DNA from: Octopus bimaculoides
Lineage: Eukaryota
NCBI RefSeq assembly: GCF_001194135.2
Contig: NC_069000.1
Coordinates: forward strand, 30,668,975-30,708,762
DNA length: 39,788 nt
Reading direction: 5' to 3'
Part shown: positions 1 to 10,584 of the stretch, in pieces
Layout of the letters: each line of letters starts with the position of its first letter
Position numbering within the stretch: the first letter of the stretch is position 1
Position numbers and translations under genes: made by a program
Notes under the pieces: generated by a model
Told to the model about the DNA's origin: nothing
Databases searched by the model: none
What the model saw: the letters and a program-made list of their open reading frames with translations, nothing else

Positions 1-33
1 TCTTTTATTAGTTTCAGTCATTTGACTGCGGCC
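1..33 (-). mobile_element. 3' tail remnant of SINE family A, fused to the LINE
   Basis: tcttttattagtttcagtcatttgactgcggcca matches the tail of the SINE-A copies at about 965-1005 and 27215-27250. Confidence 0.75.
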
Positions 34-914
34 AGTGATGGCTCGAATCAGTAATTTTCTGATTAGCTTTCTCCTCTCTGGTTCTGAGAAGCCTAATTTC
101 TCAAGATTGGTATTTAGGCAGTGTGTTACATATCCCAGGGCCCCAATCAGTGCAGGTATAAACCTGAATTTGTAATCTGGATAGAGTAGCTGCTGATTTC
201 TCAATAGCTCAAGGTAGGTGTTCTCTTTCTCATTGATCTTCAGTTTTATGTTAACATCCGCTCGGCAGCTAATTTCCACAACTGTGCACAGTTTCTCTTC
301 TCTATCCCAAATCATTATATCAGGTCTGTTGTGCTTACATTTTATTGAGGTTTCCACTGGTACATTCCACCAGTACTCCTTTTTATTATGAGTGGCTATG
401 GCTTCTACCATACTGTGGGTCCTTATTTCTTTGTCCTAGGTGTTATCCTTCTGACGGATTTCATTATTAAGTGTCCTAGCTAGAACATCATGTCTCATCG
501 GCAGATACTACCGTGCTGACATTTTGGGACAAATGCTTATGATGTGGGTGATATTTTCGATGTTAGCTCCACAAAGTCTACATTGGTTATCACATTTTAC
601 TGCTTTTCTTGCATCTCTATCTCTTTTGTGCATCAGGTATTTGGTTGATATTTGCTGTTTCTGGATTGCAGACGTATACTCTTCAAAGTGGGTATTGGTC
701 CATGATAGACCGCTTTGATGATCAATGTTACTATCACCTCGGAGCTTCCTACTTATATGCCAATGCATAATCTTCTGCTTATATATGCTCGTCCTTATAT
801 ATGCTCGTCCTTATATATGCTCGTCCTTATATATGCTCGTCCTTTCATCTGATGATACTTTGCGGTAGAGTTGTGCGACTTTTTGGGGCTTGCATTTAAG
901 ATTATCAGACAAGG
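34..914 (-). mobile_element. RLE-type non-LTR retrotransposon (R2/R4/NeSL group), decayed C-terminal fragment: CCHC zinc knuckle plus restriction-like endonuclease
   Basis: The minus-strand frame of ORF 508-768 reads CRLCGANIENITHIISICPKMSAR*YLPMRHDVLAR...WWNVPVETSIKCKHNRPDIMIWDREEKLCTVVEISC...LIGALGYV...IRKLLIRAITG. This gives CCHC, RH(D), PD..D/E and IGALG motifs, with in-frame stops. Upstream coding continues to about 914 (LSDNLKCKPQKVAQLYRK). Confidence 0.88.
779..842. repeat. Perfect tandem repeat, 4 x 16 bp (ttatatatgctcgtcc), inside the LINE ORF
   Basis: Units read directly at 779, 795, 811 and 827. Confidence 0.95.
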
Positions 915-960
915 TATGTATGTATGTATGTATGTATACATATGTATACACATATATATA

Positions 961-1184
961 TTCTTTTATTCTTTTACTTGTTTCAGTCATTTGACTGAGG
1001 CCATGCTGGAGCACCACCTTTAGTCGAATAAATCGACCCCAGGACTTATTCTTTGTAAGTCTAGTACTTATTCTATTGATCACTTTTGCCGAACCGCAAT
1101 GTGATGGGGACGCAAACACATGAACATCGGTTGTCAAGCGACGGTGGAGGACAAACACACAGAAACAAGAAACACACACACACA

Positions 1185-1228
<44 letters not shown>

Positions 1229-1416
1229 NNNNNNNNNNNNNNNNNNNNNNNNNACGACGGTTTCTTTCAGTTTCTGTTTACCAAATCCACTCACAAGGCT
1301 TTAGTCGGCCCGAGGCTACAGTAGAAGACACTTACCCAAGGTGTCACGCAGTGGGACTGAACCTGGAACCATGTGGTTGAGAAGCAAGCTTGTTACCATT
1401 CCGTCACTCCTGCGCC
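961..1416 (-). mobile_element. SINE family A (tRNA head, CORE-like body, internal microsatellite, 3' module), near full length
   Basis: The minus strand has an A-box-like tgacggaatgg, a B-box-like ggttcagtccca and CORE-like gtgacaccttgggtaagtgtc, then (TA)n(TG)n and the shared tail ...catggcctcagtcaaatgactgaaacaagtaaaagaat. The family is multi-copy in this window. Confidence 0.88.
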
Positions 1417-1745
1417 TATGATATATATACGTATACACACATATACACGTGCACACACACATGCATATATATTCGTACATACATACATATATATACATAT
1501 GTATGAATATATGTGTTTTTGTATGTATGTATGTATGTATGTATGTATGTATGCATGTATGCATGTATGTATGTATGCATTTATGTATGCATGCATTTAT
1601 GTAGGTATATATGTCTTATAAAGCCTCGAGTGCTGTCCTTTTATCAATGGAAAAATTTTCAATATTTGCCGATGTAGTGGCTAAACCTGTTTTTCCTTAG
1701 AACCCCCATGGACATCTTATAACACAAACGTACACATAGACTCTT

Positions 1746-1776
<31 letters not shown>

Positions 1777-2204
1777 CCCTCTCTCTCACACAAACGCATA
1801 CATAGTCGCATGCATACACACGCAACAACACAGAGAGACAAACTGCCTCTGACGAATGCAGACGTAAGACACGCACGTCTATTAAGCGAAAAATATGTAT
1901 ATAAAAACTGCTGACTCAGCAGATGGCTTCTTCTAATGTGACCCAGCTGTGATCCTAAGTTTTGTCATGAGGGCCTGTTGAGGTTAGTTGAAAGTGTGAT
2001 TTAATGCAAGCTGGGAGGGAGAGACAAGGAGTAAACAGGTAAAGTAGAATAATTAATGAGCTAGTGAGAAGACATGGAATGTTTGGAACAGGATAATGTG
2101 TTGACATTTGTAGTATCGTATTCAATCATGTCGGTCAACATGATATCAAAGGAAGAGCAAGAAATAACAGATTGGTAGCACAAGCAACAGCAACAAACCG
2201 AAAC

Positions 2205-2370
<166 letters not shown>

Positions 2371-2804
2371 AATAGGAAATAGTGGCACAACAAGGTACCA
2401 AATTTTGCTGGATATAGCAGTCAATAACCGTTCGACACTAGGTAAAGCTTCATTGAATGTATAGAGGCAAAGATGTGTGCGGGCGGCGAATATAAAAACA
2501 TTTCATCCTACCTCTAGGAAGAACGCCAGAGAAATGGACAACCTAGTACTCGAGTTTCGAACTTTCAGAATACGTTTATCATAAAACTGATTGGTCCTCG
2601 TCAGCTAGGTCTACCGAAGAGAGTAAAATTAAAATATCCGCTCCATCAATGCCTGTATACTCGACCAATAACCCCAGCCATAAACAGAACCGAGATCAGA
2701 TATTTCCATCTAAACTTGGTACCTTGTTGCGTCACTATTTGCTGTTTATAATTCCACCTTTTTCGGTGATTTATTTCGCTGGAAAATAATATTATTATAT
2801 TGTA

Positions 2805-2807
2805 ATG

Positions 2808-2847
<40 letters not shown>

Positions 2848-2989
2848 CAACAATAATAAAAAAATATATATACATATATATATATACATATATGCATATA
2901 TACATATATATACAAATATATATGTGTTTGTGTGTACATATATACATACATACATACATACATGCATACATACATACATACATGCATAC

Positions 2990-3020
<31 letters not shown>

Positions 3021-3069
3021 AATACACTCGCATACGCATACAAACAACTATATACATATGTATGTAAGG

Positions 3070-3110
<41 letters not shown>
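2805..3110. repeat. Compound microsatellite (TAA)n/(TA)n/(TACA)n/(CA)n
   Basis: Read directly. Confidence 0.95.
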
Positions 3111-3171
3111 CTACAGACACATATTTGTAAGTTTGTGTCTTCATGCTGACGATGTTCTTGTGTACCTGTAA

Positions 3172-3375
3172 AGCGGTGAGCTTGCAGAATCATTAGCCCT
3201 CCGTGCAGAATGCTCAATCCCATATCGTCTGTCTTTATGTTCTGAGTTTAAATTCCACCGAGGTCGTATTAACCTTCTATCCTTTCGGGGTCGATAAAAT
3301 AAGTTTCAGATGAGCACTGGATTGGGGTCGACCCTGTTCCCCGAAATTGCTGGCCCTGTGTCAAAATTTGAAATC
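3172..3375 (+). mobile_element. SINE family B, diverged copy
   Basis: gcagaatcattagc...ttctgagtttaaattccaccgaggtcg...cctttcggggtcgataaaataag...gtgtcaaaatttgaaa matches the other family B copies. Confidence 0.85.
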
Positions 3376-4028
3376 GATATTTTGATATCCCTCTAAAATT
3401 TCTGTATCGTGACAGGATGTTGTGTGCTCAATGTTTTTGATACGTAGCTGCAAACCTGCACAATAGATAACTAAGTTAATATTTACATTTCAATGTAAGG
3501 ATGTGTGAAACAACTGTGTTGTACATTCATGTACGAAATTTTCTCGCTGTCTGCTTAAGCATTTATAAGCTGCTGCAGAACATTACACAGTACATGAAAC
3601 GATTCTGGATTGAAGAAAGATTATTTGGTTACACAATCATCTTATATAGAAATCTACGAAATGCAGAATACAAATGGATGCTCGAGTAAAAACAAAATAC
3701 ACTTCAAAAATTAATATACAAATCTTGTTTCTGATTGGTGAGCGTAAGTTTAAACGCGTAAAGAATATATCGGAAGTATAACAAGTAGAAAATGATCCAT
3801 TCTGCCTCGTATAAAATACAACTATAAAAAGCGCCATTACGAAGTACTTGAAAAAAAGAAAAAAAATGCATAAAAATTTCGTTGGAGCAAGGAATTTTCT
3901 TCTTGTAAACTACATATGAAGGGCTAATGGGAATAAAATAAAAGTGGTTAATAAAAAAGATTAAACTCACAAACAGTGGCATCTTGAATATGGTATGCAT
4001 GAAAGAAGAATTTTTCTTCATAAAGCCT

Positions 4029-4059
<31 letters not shown>

Positions 4060-4314
4060 NNNNNNNNNNNNNNNNNNNNNNNNNNNNNNNNNNNNNNNNN
4101 NNNNNNNNNNNNNNNNNNNNNNNNNNNNNNNNNNNNNNNNNNNNNNNNNNNNNNNNNNNNNNNNNNNNNNNNNNNNNNNNNNNNNNNNNNNNNNNNNNNN
4201 NNNNNNNNNNNNNNNNNNNNNNNNNNNNNNNNNNNNNNNNNNNNNNNNNNNNNNNNNNNNNNNNNNNNNNNNNNNNNNNNNNNNNNNNNNNNNNNNNNNN
4301 NNNNNNNNNNNNNN

Positions 4315-5130
4315 ATCAGCAGCGGAGCCCGACAGCATATGCTGCTTTTCCGCCACCGCATCATGCTAGTTCCGTATCCCTTTGAGCAACATCAATTCAC
4401 TCATCGGTCCACAAAAACTCTCCAAGCTTTCCTATCATTTATAAACTCTCTTGCCTCTCTCACCCCAACACCTCTAACCATCAAAGCTTTCCTCACTTCA
4501 TCCATCCACACAAACCAAGGTCTGCCTCTGATTCTGCTATCTACCACTTCCGCCTTCATCACACCCATCCATCCCCTCCATGGGGCCAGACCACTTCAAC
4601 ATTCGTCTATCTATTCTGGTACATAGATCTTCTCTCATTCCTGCTCGCCTTTGCACCGCCTCACTCCTCATCCTTTCCATCCATGTCCCACCAACCATAG
4701 CCCTCAAACATCTCATCTCAAACACATCTAGTCGCCTCCTTTCCGCCTCTCTAAGACACCCATGTCTCTGCACCATATAACATTGTCGGCACAATCACGC
4801 CCTCATACACACCTCTTTTCTTCGCTTTCATACTCAACCTTTTATCTCTCAGCATATTTTTCACAACTCCAAGTATCTTACTCCTCTCCCTGACTCTATA
4901 TCCCACCTCCTCAGCCACCCCCATCCACCGTCACGTGTGATCCCAGATACTTCAAAACACTCACCTCCTCTAATATCTCACCAGTTCTACTCACATTCGT
5001 TCTACCAGCCATTCCATCTCTCGAACATCTCATCACCTTACTCTTAGCTACATTCACTTTCAGTTTCCTCCTCTCACACACTCTTCCAAACTCTACCACC
5101 AATCTCCTCAGTTGCACTTCCGACCGGGAA
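4315..5130 (-). mobile_element. RTE-clade LINE, 5'-truncated 3' portion (end of RT domain, C-terminus, 3' UTR), frameshifted
   Basis: Minus-strand frames give QLRRLVVEFGRVCERRKLKVNVAKSKVM...KYLGSHVT, then LREAERRRLDVFEMRCLRAMVG...RMLKW. These are typical RTE post-YADD motifs. The 3' end runs into an N-gap. Confidence 0.88.
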
Positions 5131-5601
5131 CTCCATATATATATGAATTTGTGTGTGTGTATGCATACAGATATTTACACATACACACATACATATATAT
5201 ACATGCATACATACACGTGATATATTGGAAGTAAAATTGCGCTCTAGTTTAGATTTTTCTCGAAGGATTGCTGTATTTTGATGACTTGCAGTTTGTTCAG
5301 CGGTTATGTCCCTTCATAATCACATTTTTCAAAATGAAGTTTATGTAAGCGTTTGTTTGTGCTTCTTTATGGTAAATAGAGCTCAGAATGATTGGAGAAT
5401 CCAATACAGCCAGAATTAGATTACTTACTTTTAAAGCTGTACACCATTTAGCTGTTTACTTTTGTGACTAGAGTATATTGTGTGTTTATTTTAGCATTAT
5501 GCTATATAGTACGAGCATTACTGCCATCATTATGTATCGACTTTATTACGGGGAATTCTGTAGATTATAAATTCGTTGTCCATTAAAGTTTTCCTACATA
5601 G

Positions 5602-5825
5602 CTTTGTTTGCATGCTTCCGGGTGCGGTATCCGGCCAGAGGGCAACTTCCTTCCTCTCTCCTATCAGTCTCGGCAGGCACGAAATATTCATTGTCGATTC
5701 GTATTTGTTTATTTTCTGAGGATCTTTTGCCTCGTGCGTCGTTTGTGGGGACAAACAGAACGCTTTGTCTAACGAAGGATTCTATCGTTCACATTTGTAT
5801 CGTTATGGCTATGAACCGTTTCAGT
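5602..5825 (+). CDS. Putative exon 1 of the + strand chain (candidate ATG at 5805, MAMNRFS); product unknown
   Basis: Donor gtaagt at 5826 and a possible acceptor ttttcctacatag ending at 5601. One frame is open, and GC is higher than the flanks. No homology recognised. Confidence 0.35.
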
Positions 5826-5987
5826 GTAAGTATATGCATTTATTCGTACCTTTTGTGTAAACAAATACGATGTATCTGTTGATCTCTATCTGAATGTTTA
5901 TGTCTGGAATAGAGCCTTTATATAGCTCGGGGTTTTTGTTTGTACTGTGTAGTGAGTTGAATATTTAGTACGGAGTTTCTTTTCTAG

Positions 5988-6063
5988 GTCTTCTTACGAT
6001 TTGGTGAAATCTTCCAGTGTATCCATTTCGACAAACATACCGTCCGCAGAGCTAGTGCATCTT
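5988..6063 (+). CDS. Putative exon 2 of the + strand chain (VFLRFGEIFQCIHFDKHTVRRASAS)
   Basis: Acceptor gtttcttttctag, donor gtaagt, a 162-bp intron from exon 1, and compatible phase. Confidence 0.38.
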
Positions 6064-6168
6064 GTAAGTTTATACATTTTGGTAGAAGGTTCACAGTCAC
6101 CATACGCGACAACAATAGAAATCAACTAATAATAATAATAATAATGATAATAATTAGAGCAATTTCTA

Positions 6169-6385
6169 AGGCGACGGCCTGGCAGAATCATCAGAATGCC
6201 GGTCAGAAATTTTTAGCGGTATTTCATCCGTTTTTACGTCTTGAGTTCAAATTTCGCCGAGGTCGACTTTCTTTTTCATCCTTTCGGGATCTATAAAATA
6301 AGTTCCAGTTGAACACTGAGATCAATGTAATTGACTTACCCACCTCCTTCAAAACTTGGCAATGTCCCAAAATTTGAAATCAATA
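6169..6385 (+). mobile_element. SINE family B copy
   Basis: ggcagaatcatcag...gagttcaaatttcgccgaggtcgactt...cccaaaatttgaaatc. Confidence 0.85.
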
Positions 6386-6481
6386 GTTATAACAATTTCT
6401 TAATTAAAAGAAATAATGATTTTCATTTATTAGTAATGATCTCTTTATTTAATAAATAACACACCAGCAATAATGATAATT

Positions 6482-6687
6482 CTTTCTAATTTTGGCTCAA
6501 GGCTAGCAATTTTAAGGGGAGGGGTAAGTCGATTACATCGACCGCGCTGCTGCACAGGTACTTGTTTTATAGTCCCCGAAAGTTTGATAGGCAAAGTTGA
6601 CCAAGATGGGATTTGAGCTAAGAAGCTAAAGAGCCGAAACAAATACCACAAGTCATTTTTCTAAGCGTTAAAGATTTTGCCAAGCCA
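6482..6687 (-). mobile_element. SINE family B copy (old)
   Basis: The reverse complement matches family B (gattacatcgacc, ggtacttgttttat, ggcaaagttgacc, atttgagct, gattttgcca). Confidence 0.75.
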
Positions 6688-6926
6688 TGATGCAAATGAT
6701 GAATATAATAATGATGATAATGAGTAATTTGTGACGTTAGCGTACGAACACAAAATATTGGGTGTGGTCACAGTTGAATAAATAGACCAAGCACTTGAGT
6801 GGTATCTCAGTAAATATTTACTATAACTCTGATGCGCATGATAATGAATATAACAATTATGATTAAAATATAATGAAATTAATAATGATAGTGATGACGT
6901 CGATGACGATAGCAATCATTATAGCA

Positions 6927-7092
6927 ATACTTTCTTGCGTTAAAGATGAGGCCTGAAACTTTGGAGGAGGGGACTTGTTGATTATAGCAACCCCAGTACT
7001 CAACAGGTACTTATTTCCTCGAGCGTAAAGACGGTCGAACTGCCGCTAAGCACTTTTTCCGGCCTACTAAAGATTGTGCCCGCTCGCCACCT
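6927..7092 (-). mobile_element. SINE family B copy with internal deletion
   Basis: Head (gcgtaaagacgg...gccgctaagcac...gctcgcc) and tail are present; the central segment is missing. Confidence 0.7.
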
Positions 7093-7112
7093 TAATCATC
7101 ATAATAATAATG

Positions 7113-7322
7113 GCTTCAAATTTTGGTGCAAGTGAGCAAATTCGGGGAAGGGCTAAATCGATTACGTCGATCCTTATGCTCGACTGGTACTTACTTTATC
7201 GACCTCAGAAGGATGGAAGGCAAAGTCGACCCCGGCGGAATTTGGGCTCAGAACGTAAGGACGGACGAAATGCTGCCAAACATTTTGCACGGTGTGTTAA
7301 CAGTTCTGCCAGATCGCCGCCT
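7113..7322 (-). mobile_element. SINE family B copy
   Basis: ctggtacttactttatcgacctcagaaggatggaaggcaaagtcgaccccggcggaattt...gaacgtaaggacggacgaaatg. Confidence 0.88.
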
Positions 7323-7367
7323 AAATCGTTATAATAATATTAATTTCTTACATAGATACAAAATCAG

Positions 7368-7560
7368 AAGTTTTGGAACAAGGAGTTCTAGATTATAGTA
7401 ACTGGAGTTTTTGACCGGCATTATTTTATTAGACTGGTGGAAGGAAGGACAAATGCGACATCAGGGTGTGGAGAAATTTGAACTTGGACCGTAAAACTGT
7501 TGGAATAAATGCTGCAAGGCATTTTATCCGATGTTCTAACAATTCTGCCAATCAAGTCAC
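7368..7560 (-). mobile_element. SINE family B copy (old)
   Basis: The head aatttgaact...gcattttatccgatgttctaacaattctgcca is recognisable; the body is degraded. Confidence 0.65.
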
Positions 7561-7568
7561 TATTATAA

Positions 7569-9872
7569 CACTGGCCAACAAGTATTTTTCATCAAGCATA
7601 TGTCAAAATGTACTTAGTATAATTTTTAATGCTGATTTCAAATATAGAATTAGTTTTTTGACATCACGTACAGTTTTCAAGATGAGAAAGTTTTTTGGTT
7701 TTAGCTCATGCATTATATAGAAATTCCGGTTAATGACGTGTATGCATGTATTTCATTTACATCATGGAAACATACCTTTAAAATAAACTACATTATTCAT
7801 TGCTGCATAGTTTAGATGCAATGTTTCATTATCTTGAATTAACCAATTAAGTTATGTCTGATGAAATAGGTATTTCAACATCTCAAACTGTTCAGTTATA
7901 ATTGGTCTGATGAAATATGTCATCATCTCAAATTCAATATAATTATAACCGTTTGTATCTATTTCCTTACTTGTTTTACAATGTTAAGAATGTCAAGACA
8001 GTGTAGAAATTGTCCTGATGTGTTTTGCTATGTCTGTGGACAATTTATTGTGAAAGCTCAAAAACGTACAACGCCAGAGATCAAAAAGATTTATAAGCTA
8101 TACTTTGACTGTCGTCTTGGAGATCAGAACAAGTTATGGGCACCACATTTTATCTGCTCAGCTTTCTCAAATGGCTTACATGACTGGTTCAATAATGATA
8201 AGAAGCCCATGACTTTTGCGATTCCAATGATGTGGAGGGAGCCGAAAGATTATTTTAATGACTATTATTTTTGCAAAGTAAATGTCACAGGATTTTCTAT
8301 GAAGAATAAACACAAAATTGTGTATCCTTTTTTAGATTCTGCAATGAGACCTGTGCGTCACAATGGAAGTCTGCTAATTCCAGTTCCACTCGGTGATGGT
8401 ATTGAAACACCAGATGACGATGCTCACTATCAATATGGTGGTGCTGAGGAAGATTACGTGGCTGATGACGATAGCTTTGAACTTCAGAAATTTTCCCAAG
8501 CTGAACTGAATGACCTTTTCGGGGACCTATCCTTCTCAAGAGATAGAGCAGAACTGTTGGCATCCAGAATGAAAGAGGAGTATCTTCATGGTGTTCGGTA
8601 GAGAAATGTGGTCCTACAAGCGTGTTTTTCTGTTGAAGGCCCGCTTTGCTTTTGCAGTAACATCGATGGACTTTTCGAACGTCTATCACAAAATCCTGAT
8701 CCTGTAGAGTGGAGTCTGTTTATTGACTCTTCAAAACGAAAATTAAAAGATGTACGTTTCCATAATGTTAATTTGAAGCCCTTCATTCCTATTGCACACT
8801 CTGTTCATCTTCATGAATCATATGAGAATATGGAACTTTTACTTCATGCCATTGCCTATGAAAGATACTCATGGAAAATAGGTGGAGACTTAAAAGTCAC
8901 TGGAATGTTAATGGGAATGCAGACAGGTTTCACAAAATACTGTCGTTTCTTGTGTCTATGGGATAGTCGGGCAACTGACAAGCATTATTCGGAATCAAAC
9001 TGGCAGACAAGAACACCATACCAGCCAGGACTGTCTAGCATCAAGAATACACCTCTTGTAGATCCATGTAATGTCCTATTGCCTCCTTTGCACATAACGC
9101 TAGGACTGATGAAAGAGTTTGTAAAGACACTAGGAAAGAGAAATGCCAGAGGGTTTGAGAATATTGTAGAAAAGTTTCCCAGAGTCACACAAGCGAAGTT
9201 GAAAGAGGGTATCTTTGTCGGACCCAAAATTAGAGAAGTACTCAAAGATGTCAACTTCAAGACAACACTGGATGAACTGGAACTGCCTGCTTGGAATGGT
9301 TTCAATTGGATCTGTGAGAATTTCTTGGGCAACAAGAAGGCAATGGACTACAAAGATGGTTTCAAGAATTTACTCAGCAATGGATTGTCGCATGTCACTG
9401 AAAGTTCACATCTTGGACTCCCATCTGGATTTCTTCGCAGGTAACCTTGGAGCAGTGTCTGATGAACATGGTGAAAGATTTCACCAGGACATTAGTACTA
9501 TGGAGAAACAGTACCAAAGCTTCTGGAAGGACAGTATGCTGGCTGACTACTGCTGGAGAGTTTACCATGATCAACCAGATCAGGAACGCCGCAGGAAATC
9601 CATATCACAATGTTTCTAAATCTGCTGTTGTAGAAAGATAGCGATGATTTTTAACTCAATAAACTCATTTACTTTCTACAAATAATGACCTTATTTATTA
9701 CGTTAATGATTTCATATATACAAATATGTAAATATTGGCATGTATCTACTGAAAAACTGATACGTGCTGCATTCAAATAGAGTGAAATTTTGAGATCAGC
9801 ATGGAAAATTAGTCTAAAAAATTTGGTTTGCATCCATAATGAGTATAATACATTTAATTTTGTTGACCAGTA
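7569..9872 (+). mobile_element. Chapaev3-type (CMC superfamily) DNA transposon, near full length, 2304 bp
   Basis: TIRs are cactggccaacaa (7569-7581) and ttgttgaccagta (9860-9872), matching at 11/13 positions. TAA is duplicated at 7566-7568 and 9873-9875. There are imperfect subterminal inverted repeats (atgctgatttcaaa / ttgagatcagcat) and an internal transposase. CACTG ends with a TWA TSD fit Chapaev3 as I recall it. Confidence 0.85.
7990..9619 (+). pseudogene. Disrupted Chapaev3-like DDE transposase
   Basis: N-terminal Cys motif CYVC...APHFIC...YFC, followed by core motifs LFIDSS, GDLK, CRFLCLWDSR, PPLHITLGLMK, GIFVGP.IR, KVHILDSHLD, SDEHGERFHQDI and LADYCW. There is a stop at 8599-8601 and a frameshift near 9378. 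Confidence 0.88.
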
Positions 9873-9877
9873 TAATA

Positions 9878-10058
9878 ATCCTTTCTACTATAGGCACAAG
9901 GGCTGAAATTTTGTGGGAGGCAATAATCGATTACCTCGACCACAGTACTCAAAGGCAAAGTCGACCTCAGCGGAATTTGAACTGAGAACATAAAGACGGA
10001 CGAAATGCCGCTGAGCATTTCGTCCGGCGTGCTAACGATTCTGCTAGCTCATCGCTTT
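9878..10058 (-). mobile_element. SINE family B copy with internal deletion
   Basis: aaaggcaaagtcgacctcagcggaatttgaactgagaac...gcatttcgtccggcgtgctaacgattctgc. Confidence 0.85.
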
Positions 10059-10075
10059 CAGTCTCTGTTATAATA

Positions 10076-10290
10076 ATTATTTCAAATTTTTGCCAGAAGG
10101 GCAGCTTGTGGGAGGTGAGGATGAGTCGATTACATCGACCTTAGTGTCAAACTGGTACTTATTTCATCGAACCCGAAAGGATTAAAGGCAAAGTAGAACT
10201 CGGCGAATTTGAACTCAGAACGTAGCGACAAGCGAAATACGGCAAACCATTTCGTCCAGCATGCTAATGATTCTGCCAGTTCGCTGCCTT
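10076..10290 (-). mobile_element. SINE family B copy
   Basis: gattacatcgacc...ctggtacttatttcatcgaacccgaaagg...aatttgaactcagaacg...ttctgccagttcgctgcc. Confidence 0.88.
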
Positions 10291-10584
10291 AGTCACTATT
10301 ATAATGGTCCCTAAGAAGGGCAAAAAAGCACAAATGTTTAAAAGGATTGGGTAAAGTCAGCTACGTACACTTATATTATCAAAACCAAAAGTTCTTGAGA
10401 GATTTAAAATTTAAACGCCATTTAAAACGTCATTACTAAATACAAAGCATTTCGTCCGCAGCCGACGCGCTACTGTTTATTTTAATTTAGCAGTTATAAG
10501 AAGAACAATAATAGAAACTTCTTGTATTGGTCACAAGGGCCCAAAACTTTCAGGACAGTAGAAGCCACAACGCACATACATACA

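Noticed and set aside
779-842. CRISPR-like direct repeats
   Set aside because: The units are contiguous with no spacers, and the context is a eukaryotic LINE.
2114-2174. Possible exon IVFNHVGQHDIKGRARNNRL, vaguely PKD-like
   Set aside because: The donor is weak (gtagca), the resemblance is too short to support, and the frame runs into a microsatellite.
5735-5755. CVVCGDK as the start of a nuclear-receptor zinc finger
   Set aside because: The downstream HYG..C.GCK.FF motif is absent and the frame has a stop just upstream.
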